This document shows positions 9,523 to 21,096 of a DNA stretch of 64,000 nt, piece after piece. The stretch comes from Mayamaea pseudoterrestris (lineage: Eukaryota). A program made the position numbers and the translations under genes. Location of the stretch: the NCBI GenBank assembly GCA_027923505.1, contig BROI01000035.1:124001-188000 (forward strand), in the 5' to 3' direction. Under the pieces are notes generated by a model. That model did not search any database, was not told where the DNA came from, and worked only from the letters and a program-made list of their open reading frames with translations. Position 1 is the stretch's first letter. Each line of letters begins with the position of its first letter.

Positions 9523-10818
9523 ATGGAACCGCCTTGCCTTCCGTCTTTTTCCTTTGAGCGTCACTTGCAGGAAAAGTCAATCCATCGACTTCTCGAACAG
9601 CGACGACGCGATAGGCGAGCAAGATACCAGGCGTCGTCAGCAAATGATTACAAAACCTATTTGACGAGGCAAGCATACGCCATGAGTAACTGTGAAAATA
9701 AGACGCAGTCACCTCCAAATATGGAAGAGCTTTTGCGACAGGAATGGTACCACTGGCGCACGGATCCGCTCACTAGCAAAAGCGACTGGATTTTGGAGGT
9801 GCGAGTCGACCCAGACAAGCCTTCAACTTCTGATGATGGATGCGCCAAGGATCTTTCACTAGAAACGAGTTCAGACGATGACTCAGACATGCTGCTACCA
9901 GTAGAACTTTACCATGTTCACAAGGCTGTGCTGAAACGGCGGAGCAAGTACTTGGCACGAGTCGTTGAAGCGTCAGCAAAATCAGCCTGCGAGCTGCACT
10001 TACCGCCCATTGCAGCATCCGTGGTTCCAGTATGGCTGGATTGCATGTATGGAGTGCCTCTCATTCTACAATCGCCGCAGTCGGCCGTCGGCCTGCATCA
10101 TTTAGCTGGTTTGCTGGACACTCCAGACATCCGGCAAGCCGCAATGGAATACATACAAAACAACATCAGTCTCCAGAACGTCCATTTATACTACAAGCAC
10201 GCCGGCAGGGTTTATGAACAAGACATTGTGAAAGCCGCCGCAAACTACGTCGGACGCAAAATTCGCAGAATGGATTGGAGCGTTCCACTCATTGACGAAT
10301 GTCGAGCAACCTTTTGGGCACACGTCTTGCCTTACTGCGCATGCTCGAGAAGAGCAAGTCTCTTTGTCGCCATGGCGTGTGCGCGCGACCACTCGGAGCA
10401 GCGTCTTGATGCTGCTTTGTTTCAGAATTTGACGAGGCGCAAATATTTGCCCGAAATTGATGCGAGGGTGGCGTGCACGTTGCTGCGCATTGAAGCCGAA
10501 CTTGCATCGACAGTGACGAGACAATCGTCAAATCTGACTATGAACGAATTAACTTGCCTCCAGCGTCGGTGCTTTGCATCCTTGGCGAAAGACTGGCTCA
10601 AAATTACACCTGAAACGTTGTCGTTTTTGACCAAGAACGTTCCGGCCAAACTTTTGGAACTGCTTATGGTAGAGCTTGATCACGTCAGTGATGGACATTC
10701 TGTCGTACTACCGGTGCTTGCTAACAAGGCAAACAGATCAAGTCAGATTTCGGTGGTGTCGTCGGTGATTGACGACATGAACAATATGCTATCTGGACCT
10801 GGTAAATACGCAGTTTAA
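9523..10818 (+). CDS. BTB/POZ-domain protein
   Basis: SDWILEV...YHVHKAVLKRRSKYL...LDCMYG followed by a BACK-like helical region. Start codon uncertain. Confidence 0.78.
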   Translation: MEPPCLPSFSFERHLQEKSIHRLLEQRRRDRRARYQASSANDYKTYLTRQAYAMSNCENKTQSPPNMEELLRQEWYHWRTDPLTSKSDWILEVRVDPDKPSTSDDGCAKDLSLETSSDDDSDMLLPVELYHVHKAVLKRRSKYLARVVEASAKSACELHLPPIAASVVPVWLDCMYGVPLILQSPQSAVGLHHLAGLLDTPDIRQAAMEYIQNNISLQNVHLYYKHAGRVYEQDIVKAAANYVGRKIRRMDWSVPLIDECRATFWAHVLPYCACSRRASLFVAMACARDHSEQRLDAALFQNLTRRKYLPEIDARVACTLLRIEAELASTVTRQSSNLTMNELTCLQRRCFASLAKDWLKITPETLSFLTKNVPAKLLELLMVELDHVSDGHSVVLPVLANKANRSSQISVVSSVIDDMNNMLSGPGKYAV

Positions 10819-11360
10819 TGGTACATGTATACGGAAAGATGAGGAGTTGACGTTTCTCCCAATCCAATACTCAGTAGCAAACATCTCTTAGTGTGTATAA
10901 TATTATGACAAATTAGAATCACAATCATTATATAGTCATGCAGAACTCGGCTTTCATGTTGATGCCGGGCTTTCTGTCGGCGTAGTCATATCTGTGCTCC
11001 GGCTCATGGCGAATGCACTTAGAGGAAGTTGCCTTGGGACACTCATAAGATACCTTATGAGTTCAGCACTGAACTTCTTGTGCTGATTGCTTGTGAAAGT
11101 ATAGACGAAACTTCAGGAACCATCGAAGCAAAATGCCAGAGATGAGCTAACCTTGCTGCCGGACCTGTTGGATCGTGCTGCGACGTACGTAGTGCAACTA
11201 CCAGCTGCAGAGGTACACAAAGCGCGGCAGTGACAATCCGGCTGCGCTCGCGACAGTCACACAATTTGAGCGCGTGCGTCTTCGACCGATCCACTTGCCC
11301 CTTGCAGTCGACATGAGATCCATTCCATCACGTACTCCATCTTCTGCAACAATCCTCAGC

Positions 11361-12914
11361 ATGCTCGTTTCTCTCATCGCTCGAAAACAATCCGCGGCGT
11401 TTGTGTCGCGTGCTGCCTTTCAAACGGCTCGTTCCATCAGCTCGACGCCATTGCCCCTTGCCAAGGCTGGACAGGCTGAAGTTGTTCTTGTTGGATGCGG
11501 CGCTCCCAACCGAGGTATGTATGATAGGTTCAACTTGGACGAAAGTGAGGACGAAAGTGAGAAAATGTTCGCTCTGTTAACGACTTTACTGGCCATGTTC
11601 GTTTGGCTGCCGGTACTTGATGAAACAGAATCTTTTGTTAAGGAAGAAGAAAGGCGAGGTGCGCGATGTTCCTTAGATACGTACACCCTCGCCCCTCACA
11701 TTTCCTCGTCACAATTATCTATGATACAGGCATGGGATGGTACCATGCGATTCAGATGCTTGAGAACCGTAAGTAGCTAGTAGGCGTGCGAGGATTAAGG
11801 AAATTATAAGAGTCGACAACTAGGAAGCCGATGGATACTACTGTTAAATTGGAAATGACTTTTGGCTGTTACATCTACTCAGTCTCTCATCATTGCTCTC
11901 AACTTCAACTGCATGCACATAGAATGCCCACATGCTTCGCTGGATTACATTGTTGAGCCTTGGTTCATGGGCGACGGCGGCAATTCACCAGCCGGACAAG
12001 AATTCCAAGAGTTCCAAGCCGACGCCGAAGCTAAGTACGGCACCAAGTTTGCCAAGGACCTTTCCGAGCTTCCTCCTCCGGATCAGCCACGACTGGCTCT
12101 CATTTCAGGCCGTACTGCCGACAATCCAAGACTCTTGACTGAAAGTATCAAGCATGGAGCCAAGTGCGTTTACCTTGAAAAGCCAGGTGCACCCACTGTT
12201 GCTGAGCTTGAGCAAATGAAGAAAGAGGCTGAAGCTGCTGGCGTTGAAGTGTTGATGGGATACAACAAGAATGTATGCAAGTATGTTCGCAAGACGCGCG
12301 AGTACGCGTCAGAGCATGGTGGACACGTTACATTTGTCAGCAACAATGCCTACGAAAACACGCCCGAGTCGCTTGGCGAATGCTTTGAGCGCAACGCCGA
12401 AGGCATGCTCAAGAACATGGCCATCCATGAGCTTGCCTTGTTGGTGAGCTTTTACGACGTTTCGGTTGATAACATTGCTGAAGTCACTGCCGACAAGGAG
12501 TTTTCTTCCATGCAGACATTGCCAGGCCCAAGTGGCAAAATGTTTACCGACTTTGACAAGATTAAGTTTACCATCAAAACCAAGAACGGCAATGAAGTTT
12601 CTGTTGCAGCCGACCGCTGTGGTGGAACCGACTCGTACGCCACGGTCAGCGATAAATCCGGCAAGGAAGTCTTTCGGTACTACATGCCCGACGAGGAGGA
12701 CAAGAAGCATGTTCAGGAACTTCAAGCCAAGTACCCAACGGCCATGCCCTACTTTTTCACGCAAGATCCCGACTACATTACCGTCAAGGAGCGCGTGGCC
12801 AAGCACACTGTTGATGGCGCGCCTGCCGAAGGCATTGCCACCATTTCCACCGCTGTTGAAACCTTGCGCGTGGCCGAGTACTTGACACCCATTCTTCAGG
12901 AACAATTGAAGTAA
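11361..12914 (+). CDS. Gfo/Idh/MocA-family NAD(P)-dependent oxidoreductase; exons 11361-11514, 11730-11768, 11923-12914
   Basis: Splicing rebuilds the Rossmann segment VVLVGCGAPNRG|MGWYHAIQMLENQ|CPHASL. YLEKPGA motif, LMGYNK, KNMAIHE. The R/S/A-rich N-terminus resembles an organellar presequence. Confidence 0.85.
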
Positions 12915-13161
12915 AATGAGTAGCGAAATTTGGATTGTCTAATTTAAAGAATGTTATAGTCTCTGACTGCGTCAAGGACTGCGTCAAGCTATCAGAAACA
13001 TTAATTCATACTCGTTAGGCAGTCGATCATATCAAGAGGAGGTGTGTTCATAAAACTTGTAAAAGAAGTTTGTACGCCACATATTATGTACCCGTAGAGC
13101 GATCATACACTCGCCCATGCAGGAAAGGCTTTAACTGAAACAGGGGACGAAATTACTCACA

Positions 13162-16100
13162 TTATCGTGGTAGACCGTCCGACACTGTAGAACCTTCGTC
13201 GGTACCGAAACGAAATACTTGGTCTCGTCCAGCGCTGTCCAACGAACGTGTTGTCAATGGCACTGCAGGTTGCTGCCTACCAAGCAGGTTAAAGTGTCTT
13301 GGAACGTCGTCACCCTCAATCGATGTTGCACTGGATTCCGACTCAGAGTCGCTGTTGGGTTTACTTCGTCGAAAACGGAACTGGGAATAGTTTGGAGCGC
13401 TGGATTGGAGCGTTGGCCCGTTCGGATTAAACGCTATTCCTGCTTCAAACATATTTCTCCTATATTCCGATGCGGCGTTACCAAAATAGATTGCATGAGG
13501 TGACTTGCCAGCTGACCCAAAGTAAATTGGCTTTACTTCTGGCCGTGTCGATGTTTCGTTCGTAACCAACTGGGCTGCATCAGTATTTTCTTGGCTCAGC
13601 GAAAGGGATGCGAGAGGATGGTTCATGGTTCCGCCCAGTGCATCTCCTTTTGTCGGGCTCTTCGCTGCTACACTTTTAAAGGTATCGTTCATACCTGCGC
13701 AAGATCCGAATACGAGTTTCGTATCACACTCATCTCCATCGTCCACCATTTTGTCATCCTTCAGCGGCGTGCTAGCATGCTGCGTCCCAGCACTTTTGCC
13801 ACGGCTTTCAATTTCGTGAGCGGGTGCATCCTTCACGGTTTTGGCTGGGAGCGTCTCCCAGTCATCATCATTTTCACACAAAGGGAATTGTATTGCATGT
13901 TTCGCATCAATCTCTGCACTGCCCTGCGTGGCAAGGAACGGCGAAGGTGTGTTTGTCGTGCTGCTCCATGGTGTCGACGAAATGATTGACGTCCGGTCTG
14001 TAAAAGCTCCGGTAGAAGCATTAGTTGGCGAAGATGGTGGGGTTCTTTGCAGTGTTGACAGTAGCATTCGCTTGTTTCGACAATGTGTTTGCGGGCGACT
14101 TGACACTATTACTCGCCGCGCTCGATAGGACCTTAAATAGTCCTGTATCGCCAAAATCGCGTTATTTCTTTTTCGCAAATTACGCTGCGCTTCGTGTAGG
14201 CGTAACAGATGGGCTTTTCGTGCAAGAAAAATCAACCACGCGGATTGAATCCTTACTGCGGCGTCGTTCACAATCATTTTGCGTTTGAGCGCACGAAGAG
14301 CTAAACCACTGCGCTGTCTTGCCTGGAAACCACGCCATGAAGTCTGCAACATCGTAGTTGCGTATGTTACCCAAATCAGTTCGGCTGTGTACGCCTTCCT
14401 CGCTAGAAACTTCCTCGCCACATTCTGGATTCGGACGGTAGCAGACGCTCGTTGTGTAGCCGAATCATCTGTGGCAATTTTGCGAGCGCGGTTCATGGAC
14501 TGAATTCTAACTGCAGCAGAGTGCCTCCGCACAGCAAGTGCATCTACAAATTGTTGTCGCCGGTGGAAATCTCGTCGTGCGATAAAACCGCGACATGATC
14601 GCTGTATCGACATAGCAGCAGCATTCTGCAAATCTTCGCGCCTCTTATGAAGCGCCACCAAGAAGGCTTTTTTCGTGGTATATCCTCGCACTGTCTTTTG
14701 AATTATGACTATCGCTTGATGGGCCTGGTGCAAGTGTGTCCTCGCTAAGAACGCTCTGACCTTGCTTTGTACCAAGACAGCCGCAATGAATTTTCGATTT
14801 GCTCGCAGGCTCTGGTATCTTCGCCGGGTCATGAAAGCACGGAAGCTACTTTGAAGGCAAATTGTCGCAGTGTCTCGCTGGGCACTATATTTGCCATGTG
14901 ATGGTCGCCTCTTTTTTATTTTCAATCGCGCAAGGTAACCGCGAGCCACGCGCTGAACGAGCGCTGCCTTTGCCTGTTGTCGAACATGCGCGAATCGTTT
15001 CCTGGCTAGCGCACGGCGCACACATCGCTGAAGAGACAACACAACTGAGTGCTTTCCATCGTCCCAGTCAATGAAACTCAGTTGCAATGGATCTGTCGCT
15101 GAGTTGTGCTCATGGATTGGTTCGCTTGAGAAGTGTTGATTTGGTAATGATCGCGCGCGCGTGGACGAATTGATATTGCTTAGCTGAACCAGCAGGTGGG
15201 ACATTAAATTTGTCCTCAGCTCCTTTTCAATTAATTGGTAGCCCAGCAACGAGACCATCTCCATCTCGTGCATCGTCGCTACAGCAGCTTCGTTGGTAGG
15301 CGTGAGAGATTCGTTGATCGTCGCCGAAGCTGAATATCTGTCGGTCAACTCTTTCGCTTGTTCATGAACTAAAGGGTGCCCAACCGCGTTAATTTCGCTC
15401 TTGTAGTCAACTGATAATGAGTCCAATGGGTGCATATTCGCGCAAGAGAAACCGCATACGATGATCTCATCAATGTCATCCACCAAATCCACAAGGTGCT
15501 TGTTTGGAAAGGGAAACGGGGCAGCATCTAAAACTCGGCTTTTGCCGTCATTGGCCTGCGCTTCCAACGATGCCCCGCCAAGAAGTAGAAGCAGAGGATC
15601 TGCATATACATGAGTAACTCTGGATACATTTGACTCGGGAAGCAGAATGCAACGCGACGTGCTGTGACACGGCATCTCTGGTGGCCTAGTAGATTTAAAA
15701 GCCACTCTTTGCGGAAAGTACAGCAAAATTTGTTCCGCGAGGTGAACTTCCACTAGAGAAAGCCGCCTCTGAAAGCGCGTCGATTCCGAAGCATGTGCCT
15801 CATCGTCCAGGATTTCTTCCTCAAATTCATCGCCAGACAAAAAAAGCGGCTCCGTCGAATGTGCATCAAATTTTTTGCCAGTTCCTTGCAGACTAGGAAA
15901 ACCAAACTTGAATCCTTGCGTTTTGTCGATTGGCTGCTTTTGCATTTCGTCAGATTCATCAGGATTTCGTAGCAACGACCTCTCCAGTGCGAAGTTTAAG
16001 GAAGTCAAGCTATTCTCCGTCACCTTTTTTGTAACCGGAGGAACAATTGACGCTGCGAAGATTGGTCGAGCTAGGGACTTTGGTCGACTGACAGGAATCG

Positions 16101-18840
16101 GCCATCCAGATGTAGCTGCGGTCTGCGTCGTGTTCATCGCGTATGCTGCAGGTATTGCACGAGCAGCTTGCGATGGCGAGGATGCGAGATTGCCATTTTC
16201 TCTGCATTTACTGTTAAAGATGGATGGCGGTGTTGCGCCACCAGTGACAGTAGTGGCTATTGCAACGCTTGAATCATTCTTAACGACCAATCTTTCGTTA
16301 AAAGTGACAGTTGTTAAAATGCAATTTGGTCTCATGCAATGATCGGCCACTCGATAACCAGTTTCGTCTATCGGCACTGCATCGATGCCATGCTGGTAGC
16401 CAGTACTACGTTGACCAAAGGCTTCACTATCTAGAGACACTCCTTCTTTTTCCACTTCATTACCAGCTCGTGCAATAGCATCACCTTCGCTCTCGAGATC
16501 AATTAGCACATCATTCGCCGCTGAGATGCATGTGGATAATACTACTTGCTTGTGGTGATGGTTAATCATGACATAATCGTCCGACAAGCACTTTTTGGTG
16601 TGCTCTGCTTCCTCGTCAACCCCTTGCTGTTCAGACAACTCAACACCGTCACTTGCAATCGCGGAGGCGTCATCAGACACTGGTGCGTGTATCGATCCCT
16701 TATCACCGCCGCCGTCTTTGTCGTCTTGCGCGACTTCGAAAGCCTTGATCGAAGCATTGGAAGTCCCATCAACTTTCAAGGCAGTTTCTCGCTGCTGTGT
16801 CTTTTCAAAAGAAGTTGGTGTCGGCGTTTCAGCGACAGGAAATGTTAATGGAAAGACAGTCTGAGCTGATCCGAAATTTTCAATTAAAACGGAAGCATCG
16901 GGCAGTGTAAAAGATGTTGATTGAAAATTATTGCCAGTTACCGGGATAGTTATATCGAAACCAGTCGTTTGAGTGAGCTCCGGCATCTCCTGGTCAATGC
17001 TTTGTCGACAAGTCGAATCGTCCGAACTGCCAGTAGATGTTGAGTCAGCTAATTTGGAATCGTCATCATCATCCAAATTGCACCTGGAGTCTCGATATAA
17101 TGTAGAGGGCTTCATAACCATATTTGGCGCGGACTCCACGCCAAATATAGTTGACGTTCCTGATATCTGCTGCGGAACTCCAAATAGATCCTTACTTGAC
17201 AAAGCAGGCGTCGAGGTGGAATTTGACAAGGCGCCGCCGAAATAGGAAGTTTTGTTGTCAAACGCGCGGCCACCAAAGGACGCTTGTGCTGCAGACGCTG
17301 TTGGAGCCGGTCCAAAAGTCCCAGTGGAAAGCTGATTAAACGACGATTGCACTTGACCCCCACACGAAGCAAATGACAAGGGTTTCGTCATTGCTGTTGC
17401 CGCAGCGGCGCCAAATACGCTCGCCGATGGAATTGTAGCACGTTCCAGAGAAGAATCGATTTGTATGTAATGCGCCGTTTGCATTATTGCAGTAGGTGGA
17501 CTCTTTGAAATTGAAGATTGACCAAATGGCGTCTGCGACTGGCCGCTCCATGAGCCAAACGATAAGGGTGTCGTTGAAGCAGCAAGAGGGACGCCAAATA
17601 TAGTCGTTGATGATTGGGTGGCCGTTTGGAAAGAAGCGACTCGGGATACCTCCTCTTGAGTGGCAGCAGCATCACTACTAGATTCATGACTCGTCGTGAC
17701 TGTCACTTGCCCACAGTCTTGAATTATGATTTGTTCCTTGGGCCGTTGCTTTTCATCTGTCGGTACCATTCCAATCTGCTGCACAACCTGGATTCCACTA
17801 ACAACGCGACCAAATACCACATGCTTGCCATCCAATTGCTTGAGTGGCGCCTTCAGCGTAATAAAGAATTGGCTCGAGTTGCGATTCGTGCCATTGTTTG
17901 CCATGCTTACAAGTCCAACTTGTGAATGCTGCAAAAAGGCTTCATCGACAAAGTTTCCCCAAAGGTCCGTCTTTTGCGGCAGATTTGGAGCAAAAATGGA
18001 CTCTCCGCCCGTCCCATCAGCTTTGGTAAAGTCTCCGGCTTGAATGCAAAAGTTTGGCACGACGCGATGAACGTACGTGTTTCGATAGTGCAACGGTTTC
18101 TTCGAGCGGCCTACTCCCTTTTCTCCAGTGCAAAGGGCACGAAAGTTTTCGCAGGCTAGCGGACAGGTGTTTTGGAAAAGTTGAATCGTAATGCGACCGT
18201 ACTTTGCAATCTCCAAGTAGCAAAGAGTACCTTGGCAATCATCTGCTAATGGCGGAAGCGGAATGTTCGACTCGTATCGCGCGTGTAGCTTGGCGAACAA
18301 TTCCTCCTCCCGGCCCAGATACGATGCCAACGTCTTGTCAATGTTATCAAGTTTGGATGAATTAAACTTGGTATAAAAGTCAATGAGGCGCTTGCGGTAA
18401 TCAGTTGTTGCTGGAAAGAGTGCAGGTGCAGGTGAGAATGCCGGTGTTGTCGATGCGTATTGTTGCGTAGGAGCATCAATAGCCGCAGCCTTAGTAGCAG
18501 TTTCGTCAAGCGCAAGCGGAGTCTCCTTTACAGTGAATTCACTAGCTTCAAGTAAGCCTTCTGCTACTGTCGTAATTGTAGATTGCTGGCTCGAGGACTT
18601 TAAAGCAATTTGTGTAAAGGGGATTTGCACTGGAATAACAATGGGTGGCGACGGCGCAAGTCTAATGGGCTGAATCTTTCGTCGCTCCCGCGCAAACCAA
18701 GCATCTCGGCGAGCTCGAAAGTAGGGACTTGATTCTCTCGACGGAACACCAGTAGCAGTCAGGTAAAGATTGTTACTTCCAGTGGGAGCATGCAGCGGCG
18801 GCGTGGAGGACGTTTCCCCTGATGAGGACTGCGACTCCAT
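13162..18840 (-). CDS. Large multidomain protein: cyclophilin-type PPIase domain, FG-rich low-complexity region and IQ-motif array
   Basis: Single 1892-aa ORF. Cyclophilin motifs ENFRALCTGEKG, HRVVPNFCIQAGDF, SMANNG..NSSQFFITL, LDGKHVVFGRV (about 18230-17705). About 10 IQxxxRGxxxR-type motifs (about 15045-14100). Many FG dipeptides. Confidence 0.85.
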   Translation of the reverse strand: MESQSSSGETSSTPPLHAPTGSNNLYLTATGVPSRESSPYFRARRDAWFARERRKIQPIRLAPSPPIVIPVQIPFTQIALKSSSQQSTITTVAEGLLEASEFTVKETPLALDETATKAAAIDAPTQQYASTTPAFSPAPALFPATTDYRKRLIDFYTKFNSSKLDNIDKTLASYLGREEELFAKLHARYESNIPLPPLADDCQGTLCYLEIAKYGRITIQLFQNTCPLACENFRALCTGEKGVGRSKKPLHYRNTYVHRVVPNFCIQAGDFTKADGTGGESIFAPNLPQKTDLWGNFVDEAFLQHSQVGLVSMANNGTNRNSSQFFITLKAPLKQLDGKHVVFGRVVSGIQVVQQIGMVPTDEKQRPKEQIIIQDCGQVTVTTSHESSSDAAATQEEVSRVASFQTATQSSTTIFGVPLAASTTPLSFGSWSGQSQTPFGQSSISKSPPTAIMQTAHYIQIDSSLERATIPSASVFGAAAATAMTKPLSFASCGGQVQSSFNQLSTGTFGPAPTASAAQASFGGRAFDNKTSYFGGALSNSTSTPALSSKDLFGVPQQISGTSTIFGVESAPNMVMKPSTLYRDSRCNLDDDDDSKLADSTSTGSSDDSTCRQSIDQEMPELTQTTGFDITIPVTGNNFQSTSFTLPDASVLIENFGSAQTVFPLTFPVAETPTPTSFEKTQQRETALKVDGTSNASIKAFEVAQDDKDGGGDKGSIHAPVSDDASAIASDGVELSEQQGVDEEAEHTKKCLSDDYVMINHHHKQVVLSTCISAANDVLIDLESEGDAIARAGNEVEKEGVSLDSEAFGQRSTGYQHGIDAVPIDETGYRVADHCMRPNCILTTVTFNERLVVKNDSSVAIATTVTGGATPPSIFNSKCRENGNLASSPSQAARAIPAAYAMNTTQTAATSGWPIPVSRPKSLARPIFAASIVPPVTKKVTENSLTSLNFALERSLLRNPDESDEMQKQPIDKTQGFKFGFPSLQGTGKKFDAHSTEPLFLSGDEFEEEILDDEAHASESTRFQRRLSLVEVHLAEQILLYFPQRVAFKSTRPPEMPCHSTSRCILLPESNVSRVTHVYADPLLLLLGGASLEAQANDGKSRVLDAAPFPFPNKHLVDLVDDIDEIIVCGFSCANMHPLDSLSVDYKSEINAVGHPLVHEQAKELTDRYSASATINESLTPTNEAAVATMHEMEMVSLLGYQLIEKELRTNLMSHLLVQLSNINSSTRARSLPNQHFSSEPIHEHNSATDPLQLSFIDWDDGKHSVVLSLQRCVRRALARKRFAHVRQQAKAALVQRVARGYLARLKIKKRRPSHGKYSAQRDTATICLQSSFRAFMTRRRYQSLRANRKFIAAVLVQSKVRAFLARTHLHQAHQAIVIIQKTVRGYTTKKAFLVALHKRREDLQNAAAMSIQRSCRGFIARRDFHRRQQFVDALAVRRHSAAVRIQSMNRARKIATDDSATQRASATVRIQNVARKFLARKAYTAELIWVTYATTMLQTSWRGFQARQRSGLALRALKRKMIVNDAAVRIQSAWLIFLARKAHLLRLHEAQRNLRKRNNAILAIQDYLRSYRARRVIVSSRPQTHCRNKRMLLSTLQRTPPSSPTNASTGAFTDRTSIISSTPWSSTTNTPSPFLATQGSAEIDAKHAIQFPLCENDDDWETLPAKTVKDAPAHEIESRGKSAGTQHASTPLKDDKMVDDGDECDTKLVFGSCAGMNDTFKSVAAKSPTKGDALGGTMNHPLASLSLSQENTDAAQLVTNETSTRPEVKPIYFGSAGKSPHAIYFGNAASEYRRNMFEAGIAFNPNGPTLQSSAPNYSQFRFRRSKPNSDSESESSATSIEGDDVPRHFNLLGRQQPAVPLTTRSLDSAGRDQVFRFGTDEGSTVSDGLPR

Positions 18841-19105
18841 TACTGTTTACTGCTATCGACTGGCAGCTAACGTTAATGATCACCAAAAAAATGAAATCTT
18901 TTATGTTTCAGTTGATTCTATCTCGCTGACCGGACGAGACTCCAAACAGATTCGCGCACGAGGAACGAGGAGGACAAGCTGCTGTTTGTGTTGCCATGGC
19001 GCAGCGACGCTGCGCAATTTTTACACGCGGTAATGAAAACTGAAACGTCATCATGTCTTACATCAAGATCCGTTTCCGCAAGTCGTTCGACGACCTTGCA
19101 TCGAA

Positions 19106-20245
19106 ATGTTTCGTATCGTCTCCACACTTGCTACCTATAGAATGGTCAAATCGGCAGCCTTTTATGCCGTCGCGGCAGGACGTAACGTTGGAGTCTATCG
19201 GACATGGAATGACTGTCAAGCGCAGGTATGCTATCATCAACGAGACACGACACCTCTCATGTCTCGTGCTACCGGTAGCCTGCCTCATTGCTACAATCAT
19301 ACGGTAGACTCACTTACTTTACACTTTTTATACAGACCAAAGGATTTTCCAAGGCCCGTTTCAAAAAATTTAATACCTTGAAGGATGCCCAAGACTTTGT
19401 TGCTGCAGATGGCAATGCAGCTGCCGGCATGTACACCACGCCATCTTCCGCTTCAACTCATGGCCAAGCGCACTCACAAAAGCGAACACTCAGTAGCAAC
19501 AGAGACTCGGAAGTGACTCCTAGTAGTACGGCATACTCTTCCAGTGACAGATACCACAAAGAATGTTTGGATGTCACGATCCATTTTGATGGAGGCTCAA
19601 GAGGAAATCCTGGTGTCGCTGGATCCGGCGCCGTTGTTACCATTCGAGAGTTTTCGCCATTTGTCACGCACTCATCGCAAGGCAGCAAGCGACACAAAAT
19701 AACGAGTCACCGGCAAAACAAAGAGATTCATATATGTAGATCTGTTGGAACAAAGCATACCAACAATCAAGCCGAGTATCAGGGCGTCATTGACGGATTG
19801 CAAATCGCCAAGCAGGAGATTGCCAAGTATGTTGACGGCACCAATAAAACTGAACCGTCCAGCAAAAACCTTGTGAATATAAATGTCTCGGTTCTTGGCG
19901 ACTCAAATTTAGTCATTGAGCAGCTAAAGGGAAACTGGCAGTGCCGCAACGGTGGACTGGTTCCACTATGTCAGGAGGCCAAGCGACTGCTGCATGACTT
20001 GCGCGCTGGTAATGGGGCGCGCGTTGCACTCACTCATGTTTACCGGCACTTGAATGGAGAAGCCGATCGTAAGTATCATACAATCAATGCAATGCTTTAT
20101 GCGCGCGCTGCTCGTGTTCATTGGCTGTGGCTCACGCATATATCTCCGCTCATGTATTCCAGGCCTGGCTAACTTGGCCATGGACACCAAGGAAACCTTT
20201 GTGACTACGAGCGACGACAACCATGAGCAACGTATTCCATTTTAA
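19106..20245 (+). CDS. RNH1: Ribonuclease H1 (N-terminal hybrid-binding domain plus RNase HI domain); exons 19106-19225, 19336-20068, 20163-20245
   Basis: Hybrid-binding domain FYAVAAGRNVGVYRTWNDCQAQ|TKGFSKARFKKF. Catalytic FDGGSRGNPG, TNNQAEY, GDSNLV, HVYRHLNGEADR|LANLAMD. Both GT-AG introns keep the frame. Confidence 0.9.
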
Positions 20246-20443
20246 CTTACTGTCAGTAAATGTAATATTTATGCTAAGGAGTGAACTACCTAGGTATGCA
20301 TTTGCATTGCGACGGCTTTGTCCTTGCACCTTCTGTCGAAGGCGACAATGACGATTAGCTGTAAGACCAGTACGGTAGCTCCATTCTAAGTCTATCATTC
20401 GCAGATAAAGCTAGCTCGCTCACCCAATCACTCAATCATCAAT

Positions 20444-20926
20444 TTACTTTTGCCATGGAAACTTGAATCCCTCCTTAGCTCGCTTCTCGTCTTCTGGATC
20501 AACCCATCCCGATTCAAAGTATGGCATGCTTGTCTGCTTGGAATTGCCATCGGCATCGACCAGATTGTTGGCTTCAAGCGTAAACATGAATCGACCAGTC
20601 TCCTCGTCAATGCCTTGATAGTCTCCCAAAAATGGAGCACCGAGTCCAGCTGTGATGAGTTGAATGACGCCGCTCCAACCAATCTTGGGGTCGGGAACTT
20701 GTGATTGCTGTTTGCTATTGTCGTTTGGCGATTGTACGTTCTCATCAACGGATTCGGGTGTCGTAAACCATGATGGCAAGCCAAAGGAGAGTCTCGTTAA
20801 CGTTTTTTGGCTGTTACTGGAAATGGTCGTCGGTAATGCAAACGATTCAACGGTACAAGTAGAGATGAAAGCGAAGAAAAGGAGCGAGACCAACTTGGTG
20901 GCCGCAGCAGTTCTGTCCTTTGGCAT
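20444..20926 (-). CDS. Small plastid-targeted protein of unknown function
   Basis: Signal peptide ending TVES-FALP, then an S/T-rich transit peptide and a compact C-terminal domain WSGVIQLITAGLGAPFLGD...PYFESGWVD. Confidence 0.72.
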   Translation of the reverse strand: MPKDRTAAATKLVSLLFFAFISTCTVESFALPTTISSNSQKTLTRLSFGLPSWFTTPESVDENVQSPNDNSKQQSQVPDPKIGWSGVIQLITAGLGAPFLGDYQGIDEETGRFMFTLEANNLVDADGNSKQTSMPYFESGWVDPEDEKRAKEGFKFPWQK

Positions 20927-21096
20927 ATGGATAATCAAGAGTTACTATGAGTGTCGAACGAGTCGTCGAAATGCGTATGCCACAAGTCGAAGGGTGATTA
21001 ACATATGCATACAAGCAAATAATAGTGTGCGAGTAAAAAATACGACGAGCGCAAGCAAACACTGCCGCAACATGGCGCGGTACGCACGATCAAAAA

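Noticed and set aside
19336..20245. RNase H as a retrotransposon remnant
   Set aside because: It has a hybrid-binding domain and two introns, with no flanking RT, integrase or LTR; it is a cellular RNase H1.
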